Part shown: in pieces, positions 20,107 through 30,367 of the stretch | Layout: each line of letters begins with the position of its first letter | Position numbering within the stretch: the stretch's first letter is position 1 | Assembly (NCBI GenBank): GCA_964653195.1 | Contig: CAZZCX010000002.1 | Span: 10,921-74,920 of the forward strand | Direction of reading: 5' to 3' | Length of the DNA: 64,000 bases | Origin: an uncultured Gammaproteobacteria bacterium | GTDB taxonomy: Bacteria; Patescibacteriota; Microgenomatia; Levybacterales; UBA12049 | Program-made: the position numbers and the translations under genes | The notes under the pieces: model-generated | Database searches by the model: none | What the model was told of the DNA's origin: nothing | Seen by the model: the letters and a program-made list of their open reading frames with translations, nothing else

Positions 20107-21872
20107 TAATTTAATTTCGAACCTTTCTTAACTAAGGATACGTAACGTATTATACCAATAATTAATAAAGCTAAGCTTAGTAAAGTTAAACTATTTCCTA
20201 TAATTTGCACTGTAGTTGGCTCAAAATTCATAACAACAACGTTTTTCCCTGGATTAATATTTAATTCAATTCCTTTGTTTGTCGAAAGATAGTTTGTTTG
20301 CTTTCCATTAATTGATAACCTCCAAGAAGGAAAAGGGGCTGTACGGATTAAAATATCAGTTTCAGTTTTCGAATCTGTCCTAAAGATAAATTGTTTGGTT
20401 GTTTGTTTATCTACTACTAATTCTTCAAAATCACCATTTAATACAACTATTTTATTCTTAACTATATCTGATTGATTTATTGGTTTTATAAAATATTTAG
20501 GCATATACTCGTCTGAAATTTTAGATACAGTCCATTTAACGTTTTGTTCATTTATAAAATCATTTGCACTATAACCATAAATAGTTCTTGGTATAAATAG
20601 TCCGTCATAAAATAAAACAACACCAAAAATAATAATACCGATAGTGACAAAAGATATACTTCGTGGAATTTTATTCTGAAAAACAACTATTGCTCCCCAA
20701 ACACCTGCTCCACCTAGAAGAGATGAAAAGAAGGCTACAAAAGAAAGAAATCTCCATGGAAATTGTATGTATTTCATAACTGGTACAAAATCCCATATAG
20801 CTTTAGATAGATTGGTAGTAAATAATACACTCAAAAGAAAAAAAATAATTAAAAGCATTATAGCTCTACTCTGCTTGAAGTACGTATGCCACAAGAAAGG
20901 CAATAATATGATAGCTATAAATGAAAGCAATAAATGAACTTTCCCTATACGAAATGACATACCATCTATATCGCCTTCAATTGAACCACCAAAGCCCCAC
21001 TGACTTTCCCAAAGCTGATTTGGAGCAATAAAATGCAAGTTATATTCAAAGTTACCATCAAGCTGAGACGATATATTAGTATAATTTAACTCAAGTATCG
21101 CAGGTAACCAATAGAAAGAAGCTAATAATATTCCTAATAAGACAGGAAAAATTAAATACCTAATTTCGAGCATTTTGCTTTTTGTTTTGAAAATTCCGCA
21201 AACGATAATTAAGAAAGATCCAAGATACAATAATAAAATAAATGCAGAAAGATTGTGAGATATAATTATTAGAGAAAAAGTTAAAGCAGAAAGCATAGAC
21301 CAAATAATATAATTTCTTGTAAATATTTGTTTATTTGTATTACTACTATGTGTAAGTATTTGATTAAAAATCTTATAAAGAGAGAGTAAAAATAGAGGGA
21401 AAAAACCATATGCCCAAAATTCTGAAACTGCCCCTCTTACGTATAGATTAACTGCATGATAAGGAGCGTAAATATAAAGTAAAGATGAAATAATAGCAGC
21501 TTTTATACCGAAAAATTCCTTAGCTAAGAAATACATCGACACACCTGCAAAAATAAATCCTACCCCCATCATGAGTTTGGTCGAAAATAACACATCAAAA
21601 CCAATAAGCGTAAACAAAGCACCAAAATAATAAGCAAATGGAGCATAAAAATTAAAGATAGGATAACCATAACCATAACCTAAATCAGACACCCAACGTA
21701 CCGGAAATAATCCGTCACTTAATGCTTTTGCCATTTGCCAAACTCTCACTACCTGCGTATCATCGTGCATCGGAAAAAAACCAGGAATAAATAAAGCACG
21801 AATAGAAAAGTAAGAAAATATAAGCACTACAATTAACCCTATTAAGGAAAGTTTGATCTGATTTGATTTCAT
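20106..21872 (-). CDS. 'PTPS-related'/YfhO-like GT-C membrane protein
   Basis: HDD..VVR, FPVRWVSDLGYGYGYPIFNFYAP, LYVRGAVSE, IQFPWRFL. Confidence 0.8.
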   Translation of the reverse strand: MKSNQIKLSLIGLIVVLIFSYFSIRALFIPGFFPMHDDTQVVRVWQMAKALSDGLFPVRWVSDLGYGYGYPIFNFYAPFAYYFGALFTLIGFDVLFSTKLMMGVGFIFAGVSMYFLAKEFFGIKAAIISSLLYIYAPYHAVNLYVRGAVSEFWAYGFFPLFLLSLYKIFNQILTHSSNTNKQIFTRNYIIWSMLSALTFSLIIISHNLSAFILLLYLGSFLIIVCGIFKTKSKMLEIRYLIFPVLLGILLASFYWLPAILELNYTNISSQLDGNFEYNLHFIAPNQLWESQWGFGGSIEGDIDGMSFRIGKVHLLLSFIAIILLPFLWHTYFKQSRAIMLLIIFFLLSVLFTTNLSKAIWDFVPVMKYIQFPWRFLSFVAFFSSLLGGAGVWGAIVVFQNKIPRSISFVTIGIIIFGVVLFYDGLFIPRTIYGYSANDFINEQNVKWTVSKISDEYMPKYFIKPINQSDIVKNKIVVLNGDFEELVVDKQTTKQFIFRTDSKTETDILIRTAPFPSWRLSINGKQTNYLSTNKGIELNINPGKNVVVMNFEPTTVQIIGNSLTLLSLALLIIGIIRYVSLVKKGSKLN

Positions 21873-21876
21873 AAAT

Positions 21877-23547
21877 TTAATTTCTAATATGAGTCTCTCT
21901 ACTTTTTCGTAAAGAATTTAAAAAATAAGATAAAAAAATAAATAAAGATAAAATTGATATCACATTTGCTATCATTCTTAATCTTGTTTCACCAAAAGTG
22001 AACGTTACCATATGTAATCCAGGAGGTATCGATATCTCCATCAAACCTTTATTGTTCTTATAGTCAATTAAATTTACTTTATTATCTACATTTGCAGTCC
22101 ATCCTGGATAATAAATTGTATTTACCCTAATTTTTGCTTGTTTTTTAATTTGAGCTGAAAAGCCAATTTGCTTTGAGCTTACGAAAAGTCCTGATATTTC
22201 ACCTTCTCCACTTAGTATCTCAATTTTCTCAGAATGTCTGATAACTGGTTTTTCTTTCACCCATAATGGCATAAATTCATTTGAGGAAGTTGTAGTCGCA
22301 TCATTGGTGAGATAAAAATCATCACCACGATTTACATATTCTGACGGGTGAGCAAAAGGCAACAAACTAATGACTGAAAAAACTAAAAGTATTAAACCCA
22401 ACATTCTGGTTTTTGGAATATTAATTATATATCCTATACATAGACTCATTAGAAAACCAATTACTGCTAGCATAGTCCATGGGTAATTAATATCTTTGAA
22501 CAATGGTAATATCTCCCAAATCAAGTGAGACTGCCTAAATAGCATCATAATATAGAAAAGTAAACAGAAAATTATACTTACTGCTATAAATGTCGACTGC
22601 TCTCTTTTTCTGATTTTATATAAAATTATTCCTAAAACGAAAATCAAACCAATAGTATGAGCAAGCCCGATTTGATATGTAAAAGCATCCGAATCCGTGG
22701 GTATACCATAACCCCATGAATATTTGAATAAATCAATAATATTTACAAAATACAATGATCGATCAGCTATTGGATTTATAGAGAGCGAAACAAATTGTTT
22801 TTCGATTAGAGCAGGAATCCAGAAAAATGCAGCCATCAAAACACCAGTAATACTTCCTGTTAAGCCAAAAAATAAAGATTTGTACTTTCTAGATAAAAAA
22901 GTTAAAAGCAAACAGAAAAAAATTATTGGTGCGAAAAATACAGCCATAATATTATGCGTCATAATTAAAAAAGCAATAAAAAAAGCAAGTGATAATACTG
23001 AGATTTTTATATTTTTCAAATTATAGATATTGTAAAAACTTAAAATAATAAGAGGAAAATAAACAAAAGAAAGTGATTCGCCTAAGGAACCTCTGACATA
23101 CAGATCTACAAGTCGATATGGCAGAAACATATATAGAATAGCGCTATTAAATCCTGAATACCTACTATTCCAGATGTATTTACTCAAGTAATACATTCCG
23201 ATTCCCGATAATGGAACACTCGCTGCAAATAATATCTTTATGCTATCAACAAAACCAAACCCAACCGCTTTTAAAATAAATCCTAGATAATATGGAAATG
23301 GATATGCAAAATTAAATAGCGGATATCCGTAGCCAAAATTTAAATTACCGCTATATCGGGGTGGAAGCTGAAATTCTTTTAACTCCCTATACATATCCGC
23401 AAGACGTACCACTGCCCATTCACCATCATGAGTAGGGAAAAAACCCTGATGAGAAAAGGGTAAAATTAATAAAATTGATAATAAAATAATTAGAAAGAGA
23501 TATACCGCATCGTGCTTATTGTTAAGTAAAATAATTTTTATATTCAT
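21877..23547 (-). CDS. 'PTPS-related'/YfhO-like GT-C membrane protein (paralog)
   Basis: THDG..AVVR, LNFGYGYPLFNF.YP, LYVRGSLGE, YYPGW. Confidence 0.8.
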   Translation of the reverse strand: MNIKIILLNNKHDAVYLFLIILLSILLILPFSHQGFFPTHDGEWAVVRLADMYRELKEFQLPPRYSGNLNFGYGYPLFNFAYPFPYYLGFILKAVGFGFVDSIKILFAASVPLSGIGMYYLSKYIWNSRYSGFNSAILYMFLPYRLVDLYVRGSLGESLSFVYFPLIILSFYNIYNLKNIKISVLSLAFFIAFLIMTHNIMAVFFAPIIFFCLLLTFLSRKYKSLFFGLTGSITGVLMAAFFWIPALIEKQFVSLSINPIADRSLYFVNIIDLFKYSWGYGIPTDSDAFTYQIGLAHTIGLIFVLGIILYKIRKREQSTFIAVSIIFCLLFYIMMLFRQSHLIWEILPLFKDINYPWTMLAVIGFLMSLCIGYIINIPKTRMLGLILLVFSVISLLPFAHPSEYVNRGDDFYLTNDATTTSSNEFMPLWVKEKPVIRHSEKIEILSGEGEISGLFVSSKQIGFSAQIKKQAKIRVNTIYYPGWTANVDNKVNLIDYKNNKGLMEISIPPGLHMVTFTFGETRLRMIANVISILSLFIFLSYFLNSLRKSRETHIRN

Positions 23548-23627
23548 AAATTATATATTTATCTAAATTCTGTGGAAACAAAGTAAATTTTCTTAAATAT
23601 AAAAATAATAAAAACGAAAATCATTCG

Positions 23628-25145
23628 TCATTCATTCTCAATCTTATAAAGAGTCAACCATGCATCAGGTGCGAGTTTTTTAATACGTAATACTTCTCTA
23701 AGCTGCCAAGAATCAGGAGCAATACCTTTACCAGGACACTGGGAGCATTCTTGATAAAAAACTATATATGTAGAAAAACTTTTGGACGAAACTATTAATT
23801 CTTCAGGAATATCACTATTTATTGGCCAAATACCCTTAATATCAAATTGGGGATCATCATGAAGATAAATAGTATAAGCATCAGGCATAAGACCAAATGT
23901 ACCCTGGGTATAAAGCATAACTTTATTTTTTTCCGTCTGCTTCAGATAATTAATCGTCTCCTGTATCCCATATCCAGAAGGCCAGTCCGTATAATATTGA
24001 CTGACATCTGATTGCGGAATGGGTGCTTTATGAAAATTATTCAAAATGAAATAATCTTTATATAAAGCTACAAGTATAATTGCAGACATAAAAGCTATTT
24101 TTAATATAAGTGAGTCCATTTTTTTCATGATGTAATATGTGGCATATGACACTAATGGAATTAATGAAAGTGTCATAAATAGGATATATCTGGGATAAAG
24201 TGTTTTACCAAATAATGCCAATGCTATAAACGGAACAAAAAACCATGCTATAAGTAATAATTTTTCTTTGAAATATTTTTTCTCTGCGATAAAAGAGACT
24301 AACACAAGTACCGTAAATGGTATAGTAAAATACTTCAGAAACCAATCTCTTTGACCTACCCATAGATTATCCCAAAAATATGTAATTGGGTGCTTAATCC
24401 ACTCCTGGAATGGATAAATAAAAGTAGCATCTTTCTGGGAAATTATATAAAAGAATGGAGATAATCTGAGAATTGAATAAATTCCAAAAACAATCGCTGC
24501 AGAAAAAGCGCTAAGTATAATAAATCGCAATATAGGCCTTATATCTAGCTTTTTTTTATAATCAAATAAAATTAAAGAAAAAGGCAAAAGATAGACAACG
24601 AAAAAACCACTTGTCTTATTTAAAACTCCCAAACCGCCAATTACTCCAAGAAAAATTGCGTAGTTCAGATTTGCAGTTCTTGCAAGCTTAATAGTCAGAA
24701 ACAATCCCCAAATAGCAAAAGTCCCTACTAAGCTGTCATAAAGCGCCATACGATCATAGACCAAGGCAAATGGATAAATAACATAGAGAAAAGATGAAAT
24801 CAAACCTATATATCTATTTTTAAATGCTTCTCTCCCTAAAAAAAACAGTCCAGTTAAGGTAAAAAAACCAGCAATAACAGATACAATTCTTCCCGCAAGC
24901 AAAGGATTTGAAATAAATCTCATCATTAGTACTATTATCCAAATAAATAATGGCTGCTTACCGTCAGTAAGCGATATAAAGCGCCAATTAGCATCATTAA
25001 ATGCAATTTGCGCCCATCGAATATAAATAGCCTCATCAGTAAAAATCGGTAAATCAAAAATTTTAGCTAAACGAGGAGTAAAATATAATAGTGTAATTAT
25101 TGACGCGATAATAACTTCAAAGGAATACTTTTTGAGATAACCCAT
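23628..25145 (-). CDS. ArnT/GT39-like GT-C glycosyltransferase
   Basis: PIFTDEAIYIRWAQ, DGKQPLFIW, YDRMALYD. Confidence 0.85.
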   Translation of the reverse strand: MGYLKKYSFEVIIASIITLLYFTPRLAKIFDLPIFTDEAIYIRWAQIAFNDANWRFISLTDGKQPLFIWIIVLMMRFISNPLLAGRIVSVIAGFFTLTGLFFLGREAFKNRYIGLISSFLYVIYPFALVYDRMALYDSLVGTFAIWGLFLTIKLARTANLNYAIFLGVIGGLGVLNKTSGFFVVYLLPFSLILFDYKKKLDIRPILRFIILSAFSAAIVFGIYSILRLSPFFYIISQKDATFIYPFQEWIKHPITYFWDNLWVGQRDWFLKYFTIPFTVLVLVSFIAEKKYFKEKLLLIAWFFVPFIALALFGKTLYPRYILFMTLSLIPLVSYATYYIMKKMDSLILKIAFMSAIILVALYKDYFILNNFHKAPIPQSDVSQYYTDWPSGYGIQETINYLKQTEKNKVMLYTQGTFGLMPDAYTIYLHDDPQFDIKGIWPINSDIPEELIVSSKSFSTYIVFYQECSQCPGKGIAPDSWQLREVLRIKKLAPDAWLTLYKIENE

Positions 25146-26266
25146 ACAGTTAAATTATACAGAAACGGCAAAAGTAGAAGCAAATAGCGAGGGAAAACCG
25201 GACTTATAGCCAAAAACGCTCCATAAATTGCAGACCATGAAATTACAAGCAAAATAGGAAACTGTATATTCTTTCTTTGAAAAAAACTGAAGACTGAAAC
25301 GATGCTAGATAGAGGCCAAAGCATACTCCACTCTTTCACTTTTTGAATTGTAGAAAAATGCGTATACCATTTGCCCTGTAAGATAAGCGGGAAAATAGTG
25401 CCTATAAAAGGGGACCTGGCACCGTCTCTATAAAACGAAAGAATATACTTCTGCACCTTAATAAAATCAATAAAATTATGACCAATCAGAAAATACCTCA
25501 GATAAGTGAGAACAAAAACAAAAAAACTAATAGGCAATGAAAGAAAATATTTATATATTTCTTTCTTATCTTTATAATGTATTGTAATTGCTATAAGAAT
25601 TGCCAGTACAGGTAAAACAGCTAAAAAAGCCAGCTTGGAAGCAGCGAAAAATCCAAGCATTATAGAAGAGATAAAATATTTCTTTTTTATGATAAAGATA
25701 AAAACCAGTAAAAGAAATAGCAGTTGAGTCAAATCGAAGAAAGGAGCACGGAGTTGGGTATAAAAAAGAGGGTCAAAGGAAAATAACATTGCAGGTAAGA
25801 ATGCCCAAAACTTACTTTTAAATATTTGATAATTAAATATATAGTAAACGCCAAGACTACTTAAGCCAATAATTAAAGCAAAGATATTTTCATTTTTAAA
25901 AAGTAGAATTGTTAGACCTAAGATATACTTGCTCAAATATTGTGTTTCAGGGTTAATCAATGTCGGGTCAGCTCCCTTAATTAACTCCCATGACGAGTAT
26001 ATATATAATCCATCATCACCTATCGAATTAGTTGAATTTGGAACTACCCACTGTGATTTGAGATATCTCTCTTTCCAGTAATTAGAATTAAATTTCGTCG
26101 TGTATCGACCCCGATAAGCGTAGATACGAAACAATAAATGACATGCAAATAGAATTATAAAAAATATCAATAATATTTTTTTAAACTTATGAATATTCAA
26201 ATTAGTATTTTTAATCAACATTATTTTTAAAACGTGTTTTGCCAAAATAAATAATTGACCAAACAA
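25097..26266 (-). CDS. PMT-like GT-C membrane protein (start uncertain)
   Basis: GDDGLY...NPE..YLSKYILG, FDPLF, PRYLL; multi-TM. Confidence 0.7.
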   Translation of the reverse strand: MFGQLFILAKHVLKIMLIKNTNLNIHKFKKILLIFFIILFACHLLFRIYAYRGRYTTKFNSNYWKERYLKSQWVVPNSTNSIGDDGLYIYSSWELIKGADPTLINPETQYLSKYILGLTILLFKNENIFALIIGLSSLGVYYIFNYQIFKSKFWAFLPAMLFSFDPLFYTQLRAPFFDLTQLLFLLLVFIFIIKKKYFISSIMLGFFAASKLAFLAVLPVLAILIAITIHYKDKKEIYKYFLSLPISFFVFVLTYLRYFLIGHNFIDFIKVQKYILSFYRDGARSPFIGTIFPLILQGKWYTHFSTIQKVKEWSMLWPLSSIVSVFSFFQRKNIQFPILLVISWSAIYGAFLAISPVFPRYLLLLLPFLYNLTVWVISKSIPLKLLSRQ

Positions 26267-27392
26267 TAATTATTACAATTGCTGTAATTAAATATAATGT
26301 GCTTAGTAGCTGAGGTACAGGTTCATCCCAGTGGCCTAAATATAAATAAGGAATGTATGACATTAAAGCTGAGAATGAAAATATAAGTGATGCTGAAAAG
26401 ATATATGTATTTCTTACAAGAAGCGCTGAGAAAGGTAAAAGGACCATTAAATACCAAGGCTGGAAATTACCTGATTTTTGAGTAGCAGCAAATACAGAGA
26501 ATATTAGGCACACTAAAGAAACTATTGAAACTTGAGGCCATGTTATTTTCTCTTTCATGTATTGTAAAACGATAACTGCCAAAAACACTGGGAGCAGAAA
26601 AACTGTCGCAAACTTTGTTGCGATTGAAAAAATCAAAAACATAGATGTAAGTAAATACCGTTTCTGGACAAGATAAAATAAACTAATTAACGCCATAAAA
26701 ACCATAAAAATATCTAAATGTCCGGAAACGAGACTTTCAATCAATATGAGTGGGTTGAGTGCAAAAAAAGCAGTAGCTAAAGTTGAGGTTTTCGAATCAA
26801 TTTTATGAACAATTTTGTTAATAAAATAAACTGAACCCAAATAAGAAATGCCGACTAAAATTTTGAACAGTAAAAAAGTGACTATGAAAATTTGATTTCC
26901 AATATATGAAATCGGAATCGTTACAGCCAACCATAGCGGGCCGTATGGATATGTTCTATGTGTCCAATGCATAAATGAAAGCATCGGGTCTTTGGGAAAA
27001 TCTAAAGCTTTATAAAGATAGGGATTTTTACCATATAGCGTAAATATCTTCGCATCAAATATGTAGTTGAAAAAATCGTGAGAAAAAGCATTATACGAAA
27101 AAACGAGTAAGCAAGCTGTTAGGATTACCAATATCCACATATCTTTAACCGACATGGAACCTTTTTTTATTAAATATAAAAATAATAAATATGAACTAAA
27201 TAAAATACAAAGTATCAATAGATATAAAAATGTAGATAGAGGTCTGTTAAAATAACCTATACTCTGAAATAAGCTCTGTATCTTAAATAATTGCGGGAAA
27301 CGAGTTAAAGCCAATCCTAAATCAATCTGCGTGAAAGAAAATAGAAATAAACCTACTACGCCTATTGTATGCAAAAATACTATTCTTTTCAT
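26211..27392 (-). CDS. MptA/MptB-like polyprenol-phosphomannose-dependent GT-C mannosyltransferase homolog
   Basis: SHDFFNYIFDAK...G.NPY, YPYGPLWL, ALNPLILIE...GH.D, QPWY. Confidence 0.7.
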   Translation of the reverse strand: MKRIVFLHTIGVVGLFLFSFTQIDLGLALTRFPQLFKIQSLFQSIGYFNRPLSTFLYLLILCILFSSYLLFLYLIKKGSMSVKDMWILVILTACLLVFSYNAFSHDFFNYIFDAKIFTLYGKNPYLYKALDFPKDPMLSFMHWTHRTYPYGPLWLAVTIPISYIGNQIFIVTFLLFKILVGISYLGSVYFINKIVHKIDSKTSTLATAFFALNPLILIESLVSGHLDIFMVFMALISLFYLVQKRYLLTSMFLIFSIATKFATVFLLPVFLAVIVLQYMKEKITWPQVSIVSLVCLIFSVFAATQKSGNFQPWYLMVLLPFSALLVRNTYIFSASLIFSFSALMSYIPYLYLGHWDEPVPQLLSTLYLITAIVIIIVWSIIYFGKTRFKNNVD

Positions 27393-27413
27393 TTTTTACT
27401 TTTTACAAATAAA

Positions 27414-28169
27414 TTATAAGTATTTTCCTTTTTTATTATTATTTCTTATACTTAATAACTCTAAAACTCCTTCTACTGAATCACGAATTGGACTTACTCT
27501 TCGACTTTCTACATATAACCAGCTTACTGGAACCTCTTTGATACGAAAACCTAAATTCTTTGCATAAAGTAATAATTCTACATCGAATCCAGCTTTTACC
27601 GCAGATCCCACTATTGTTTTATAACCATCATGGGCTGTATTTATTTTATTGAATACTTGTAATGCAGCACTTCTTGAAAACATCTTAAAACCACATTGGG
27701 TATCAGTTATATCATTAAGCCCAACTAAAACTTTGCGAAGAATGATATTCGCTCGGGATATGATAAGTCTTGAGAGAGGAGATCCTTTCCTTTGTGTGTT
27801 TCTTGAACCTATTACCACTCCATAACCTTTCTGAAAATAGGGCAGTAATTTGCTTATTTCCTCAATTGGTGTCGCTTGATCCATATCAGTAAAAAGAACA
27901 TACTTACCTTTCGTTGCTAAAACACCCTTAGTTACTGCGCCTGCTTTACCCATGTGTTCACTTTTAATTATAATAAAATGCTTATTTTCACTAGCAAATT
28001 TCTCAACAAAGCCAATACTACCATCCTTCGAACCATCATCTACCACTATAACCTCATAGGAATACTCCATCTTATCGAGATAGTGTTTTAGCTTATTGAG
28101 TACACCTTTACGAAGATTTGCCATCTCATCAAATGATGGGATTACCACACTGAGGTAAATATTATTCAC
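27414..28169 (-). CDS. GT2, dolichyl/polyprenyl-phosphate glucosyltransferase-like
   Basis: VVDDGSKD, GKAGAV, FTDMDQATP, DTQCGFK, GFDVELL; start placed at GTG 28169, 6 nt after TATAAT (28176-81). Confidence 0.88.
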   Translation of the reverse strand: MNNIYLSVVIPSFDEMANLRKGVLNKLKHYLDKMEYSYEVIVVDDGSKDGSIGFVEKFASENKHFIIIKSEHMGKAGAVTKGVLATKGKYVLFTDMDQATPIEEISKLLPYFQKGYGVVIGSRNTQRKGSPLSRLIISRANIILRKVLVGLNDITDTQCGFKMFSRSAALQVFNKINTAHDGYKTIVGSAVKAGFDVELLLYAKNLGFRIKEVPVSWLYVESRRVSPIRDSVEGVLELLSIRNNNKKGKYL

Positions 28170-28191
28170 TTTACAATTATACAACAATGTT

Positions 28192-28530
28192 TTATCTCTT
28201 ATCACCTTCACCACTGATCTTTCCGCGTTTCAAACGAGAAAATAATTTATCTAAATTGGCCTCTGCGACTTCTTCAACAGTCATTCCAAGCTCTGTACAA
28301 ATTTGTGTGAAATACCACAAAACATCCCCTAATTCACTTTTTAGCATCACTTTATCATCTTCGCTGATTTTCCCATTTTTATCTCTAAATATTTTTTTTA
28401 TTTTTCCTGCGAATTCACCGGCTTCATTTACTAATCCAAGCGTAGGATAAATAAGTGGTCCTTCAACTTTTATAAGTGACCAAGTTTTCCGAGACTCTTT
28501 CTGGTAGTTTTTATATTTCTTCGTATTCAT
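28192..28530 (-). CDS. MazG-like nucleoside triphosphate pyrophosphohydrolase
   Basis: LGLVNEAGE...KK, SELGDVLWY, N..KL..R..RG.I.GEGD.R. Confidence 0.9.
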   Translation of the reverse strand: MNTKKYKNYQKESRKTWSLIKVEGPLIYPTLGLVNEAGEFAGKIKKIFRDKNGKISEDDKVMLKSELGDVLWYFTQICTELGMTVEEVAEANLDKLFSRLKRGKISGEGDKR

Positions 28531-28592
28531 AACTAAATTATATCACTATTATATTCATGAAATAATAAAAATATTAATGTACAATATAGCGA

Positions 28593-30362
28593 ATGAAAAA
28601 TTTAATAACAATAATTAGAATTTCAAAACCGCTTCATCACTTAGTAGGATTAATTGCCTTACTTATACTCATGTCCGCAAGTCTTCAATTAGTAGCTCCA
28701 ATACTTTCCAAATTTATCGTTGATGACATAGTCGCTCAAGTTTCAGGAAAAAACGGAAATTTAAACCGTTTATTGATACTAGTAATTTCGGCATTCGCAG
28801 TAAATTTCTTAGGCTTAGTATCAACAGTAATATCAGAGCGGGTTGGCGATCACTTCGCCGGAAAACTCAGAAAATTCCTTACCGAAAAATTCTATCATAA
28901 AATGCTCACTCTTCCTCAATCCTACTTTGACTCAGAAGTCTCTGGAAAGATAGTAAATCAACTTAGCCGAGGTATTCAGTCGACTCAAGGTTTTATGAAT
29001 ACTGCTACAAATTTCATACTTCCCACTTTTCTTCAAAGTTTTTTTATTATAGCTATACTTGCATACTTCAATCTTACCATCGCATTTTTTACTTTCATTC
29101 TTTTTCCAATTTACCTCACGCTCTCACATTTATCGACAATTAAATGGGGTAAGGAAGAAGTGAAAAAAAATGCAATAGAAGATATCTCAAGAGGAAGAAT
29201 ACAGGAAGTTATAACAAATATAAAACTGGTAAAAAGTTTCACTAACGAAAGAAATGAATACATTAAAGTCTCAGAAAATTTATCTGAAATAAACAAGATA
29301 TATGCCGTTCAAAGCCGCACATATCATCTTTTTGATTTTTTTCGAGGTCTATCGCTTCAAATTATCCTTTTTGCGATAAACATTCTGGTTTTTTATAATG
29401 CCTTTATCGGTGAATTAACTCTTGGCGAAATGGTTCTTATACTTCAGTTAGTTAATCAGGCTAGAATACCGCTTTTTGCTATGTCATTTATTCTCACACA
29501 GCTTCAAACAGCCGAAGCGGGATCAAGAGAATATCTCCAAATCCTCAATCTTGTATCAATTGAAGATTATTCCAAAAACCTATCAAAAAATTTAATTAAA
29601 GATCCAAGTATTATATTTAAAAATGTCAGTTTTGGTTACAAAGACACAACACAAGTATTAAAAGATATCACTTTTCAAATAAATAGAAATGAAACTATAG
29701 CTCTTGTCGGCCATAGTGGAGCCGGAAAATCAACAGTAGTAAATCTAATATTGAAATTTTACCAACCCACAAGCGGAAAAATATACTTAGAAAATAATGA
29801 CTATTCGAAAATGGATCATACTTTTATCCGCAAACATATTTCATTAGTTTTTCAGGAAAATGAGCTTTTCTCCACAAGTATAAAAGAAAACGTGGCTTAT
29901 GGGAAAACAAACGCGACAGACGAAGAAGTAAATAAAGCACTCAAGCTCGCGAATGCATACGATTTCGTGATGAAACTACCAGATAAGATCAATAGCCAAG
30001 TTGGAGAAAGAGGAGTAAGGCTTTCAGGCGGACAAAAACAAAGAATTCAAATTGCTCGTGCCATTCTTAAAAACTCACCTATTCTAATTCTTGATGAAGC
30101 AACCTCTTCACTTGATGCTAAATCTGAAAAAGAGGTTCAGGAAGCACTAGAAAACCTGATGAAGAAAAAATTAGTTATAATAATTGCCCACCGATTTTCA
30201 ACTATTCAAAATGTAGATAAGATAATAGTTATTGATGAAGGGAAAATAATAGAGAGCGGTACACCGAAAGAATTATCGAGTAAAAAAGGTATTTACTCTG
30301 AACTTCTTAATTACCAAATTGAAGGAAATAAAAAGTTGCTTGCGAAGTTTGATATTTATTAA
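28593..30362 (+). CDS. ABC exporter, fused TMD plus ATPase (MsbA/MdlB type)
   Basis: Walker A GHSGAGKS, LSGGQKQR, ILDEATSSLD, IAHR. Confidence 0.95.
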   Translation: MKNLITIIRISKPLHHLVGLIALLILMSASLQLVAPILSKFIVDDIVAQVSGKNGNLNRLLILVISAFAVNFLGLVSTVISERVGDHFAGKLRKFLTEKFYHKMLTLPQSYFDSEVSGKIVNQLSRGIQSTQGFMNTATNFILPTFLQSFFIIAILAYFNLTIAFFTFILFPIYLTLSHLSTIKWGKEEVKKNAIEDISRGRIQEVITNIKLVKSFTNERNEYIKVSENLSEINKIYAVQSRTYHLFDFFRGLSLQIILFAINILVFYNAFIGELTLGEMVLILQLVNQARIPLFAMSFILTQLQTAEAGSREYLQILNLVSIEDYSKNLSKNLIKDPSIIFKNVSFGYKDTTQVLKDITFQINRNETIALVGHSGAGKSTVVNLILKFYQPTSGKIYLENNDYSKMDHTFIRKHISLVFQENELFSTSIKENVAYGKTNATDEEVNKALKLANAYDFVMKLPDKINSQVGERGVRLSGGQKQRIQIARAILKNSPILILDEATSSLDAKSEKEVQEALENLMKKKLVIIIAHRFSTIQNVDKIIVIDEGKIIESGTPKELSSKKGIYSELLNYQIEGNKKLLAKFDIY

Positions 30363-30367
30363 ATAAA

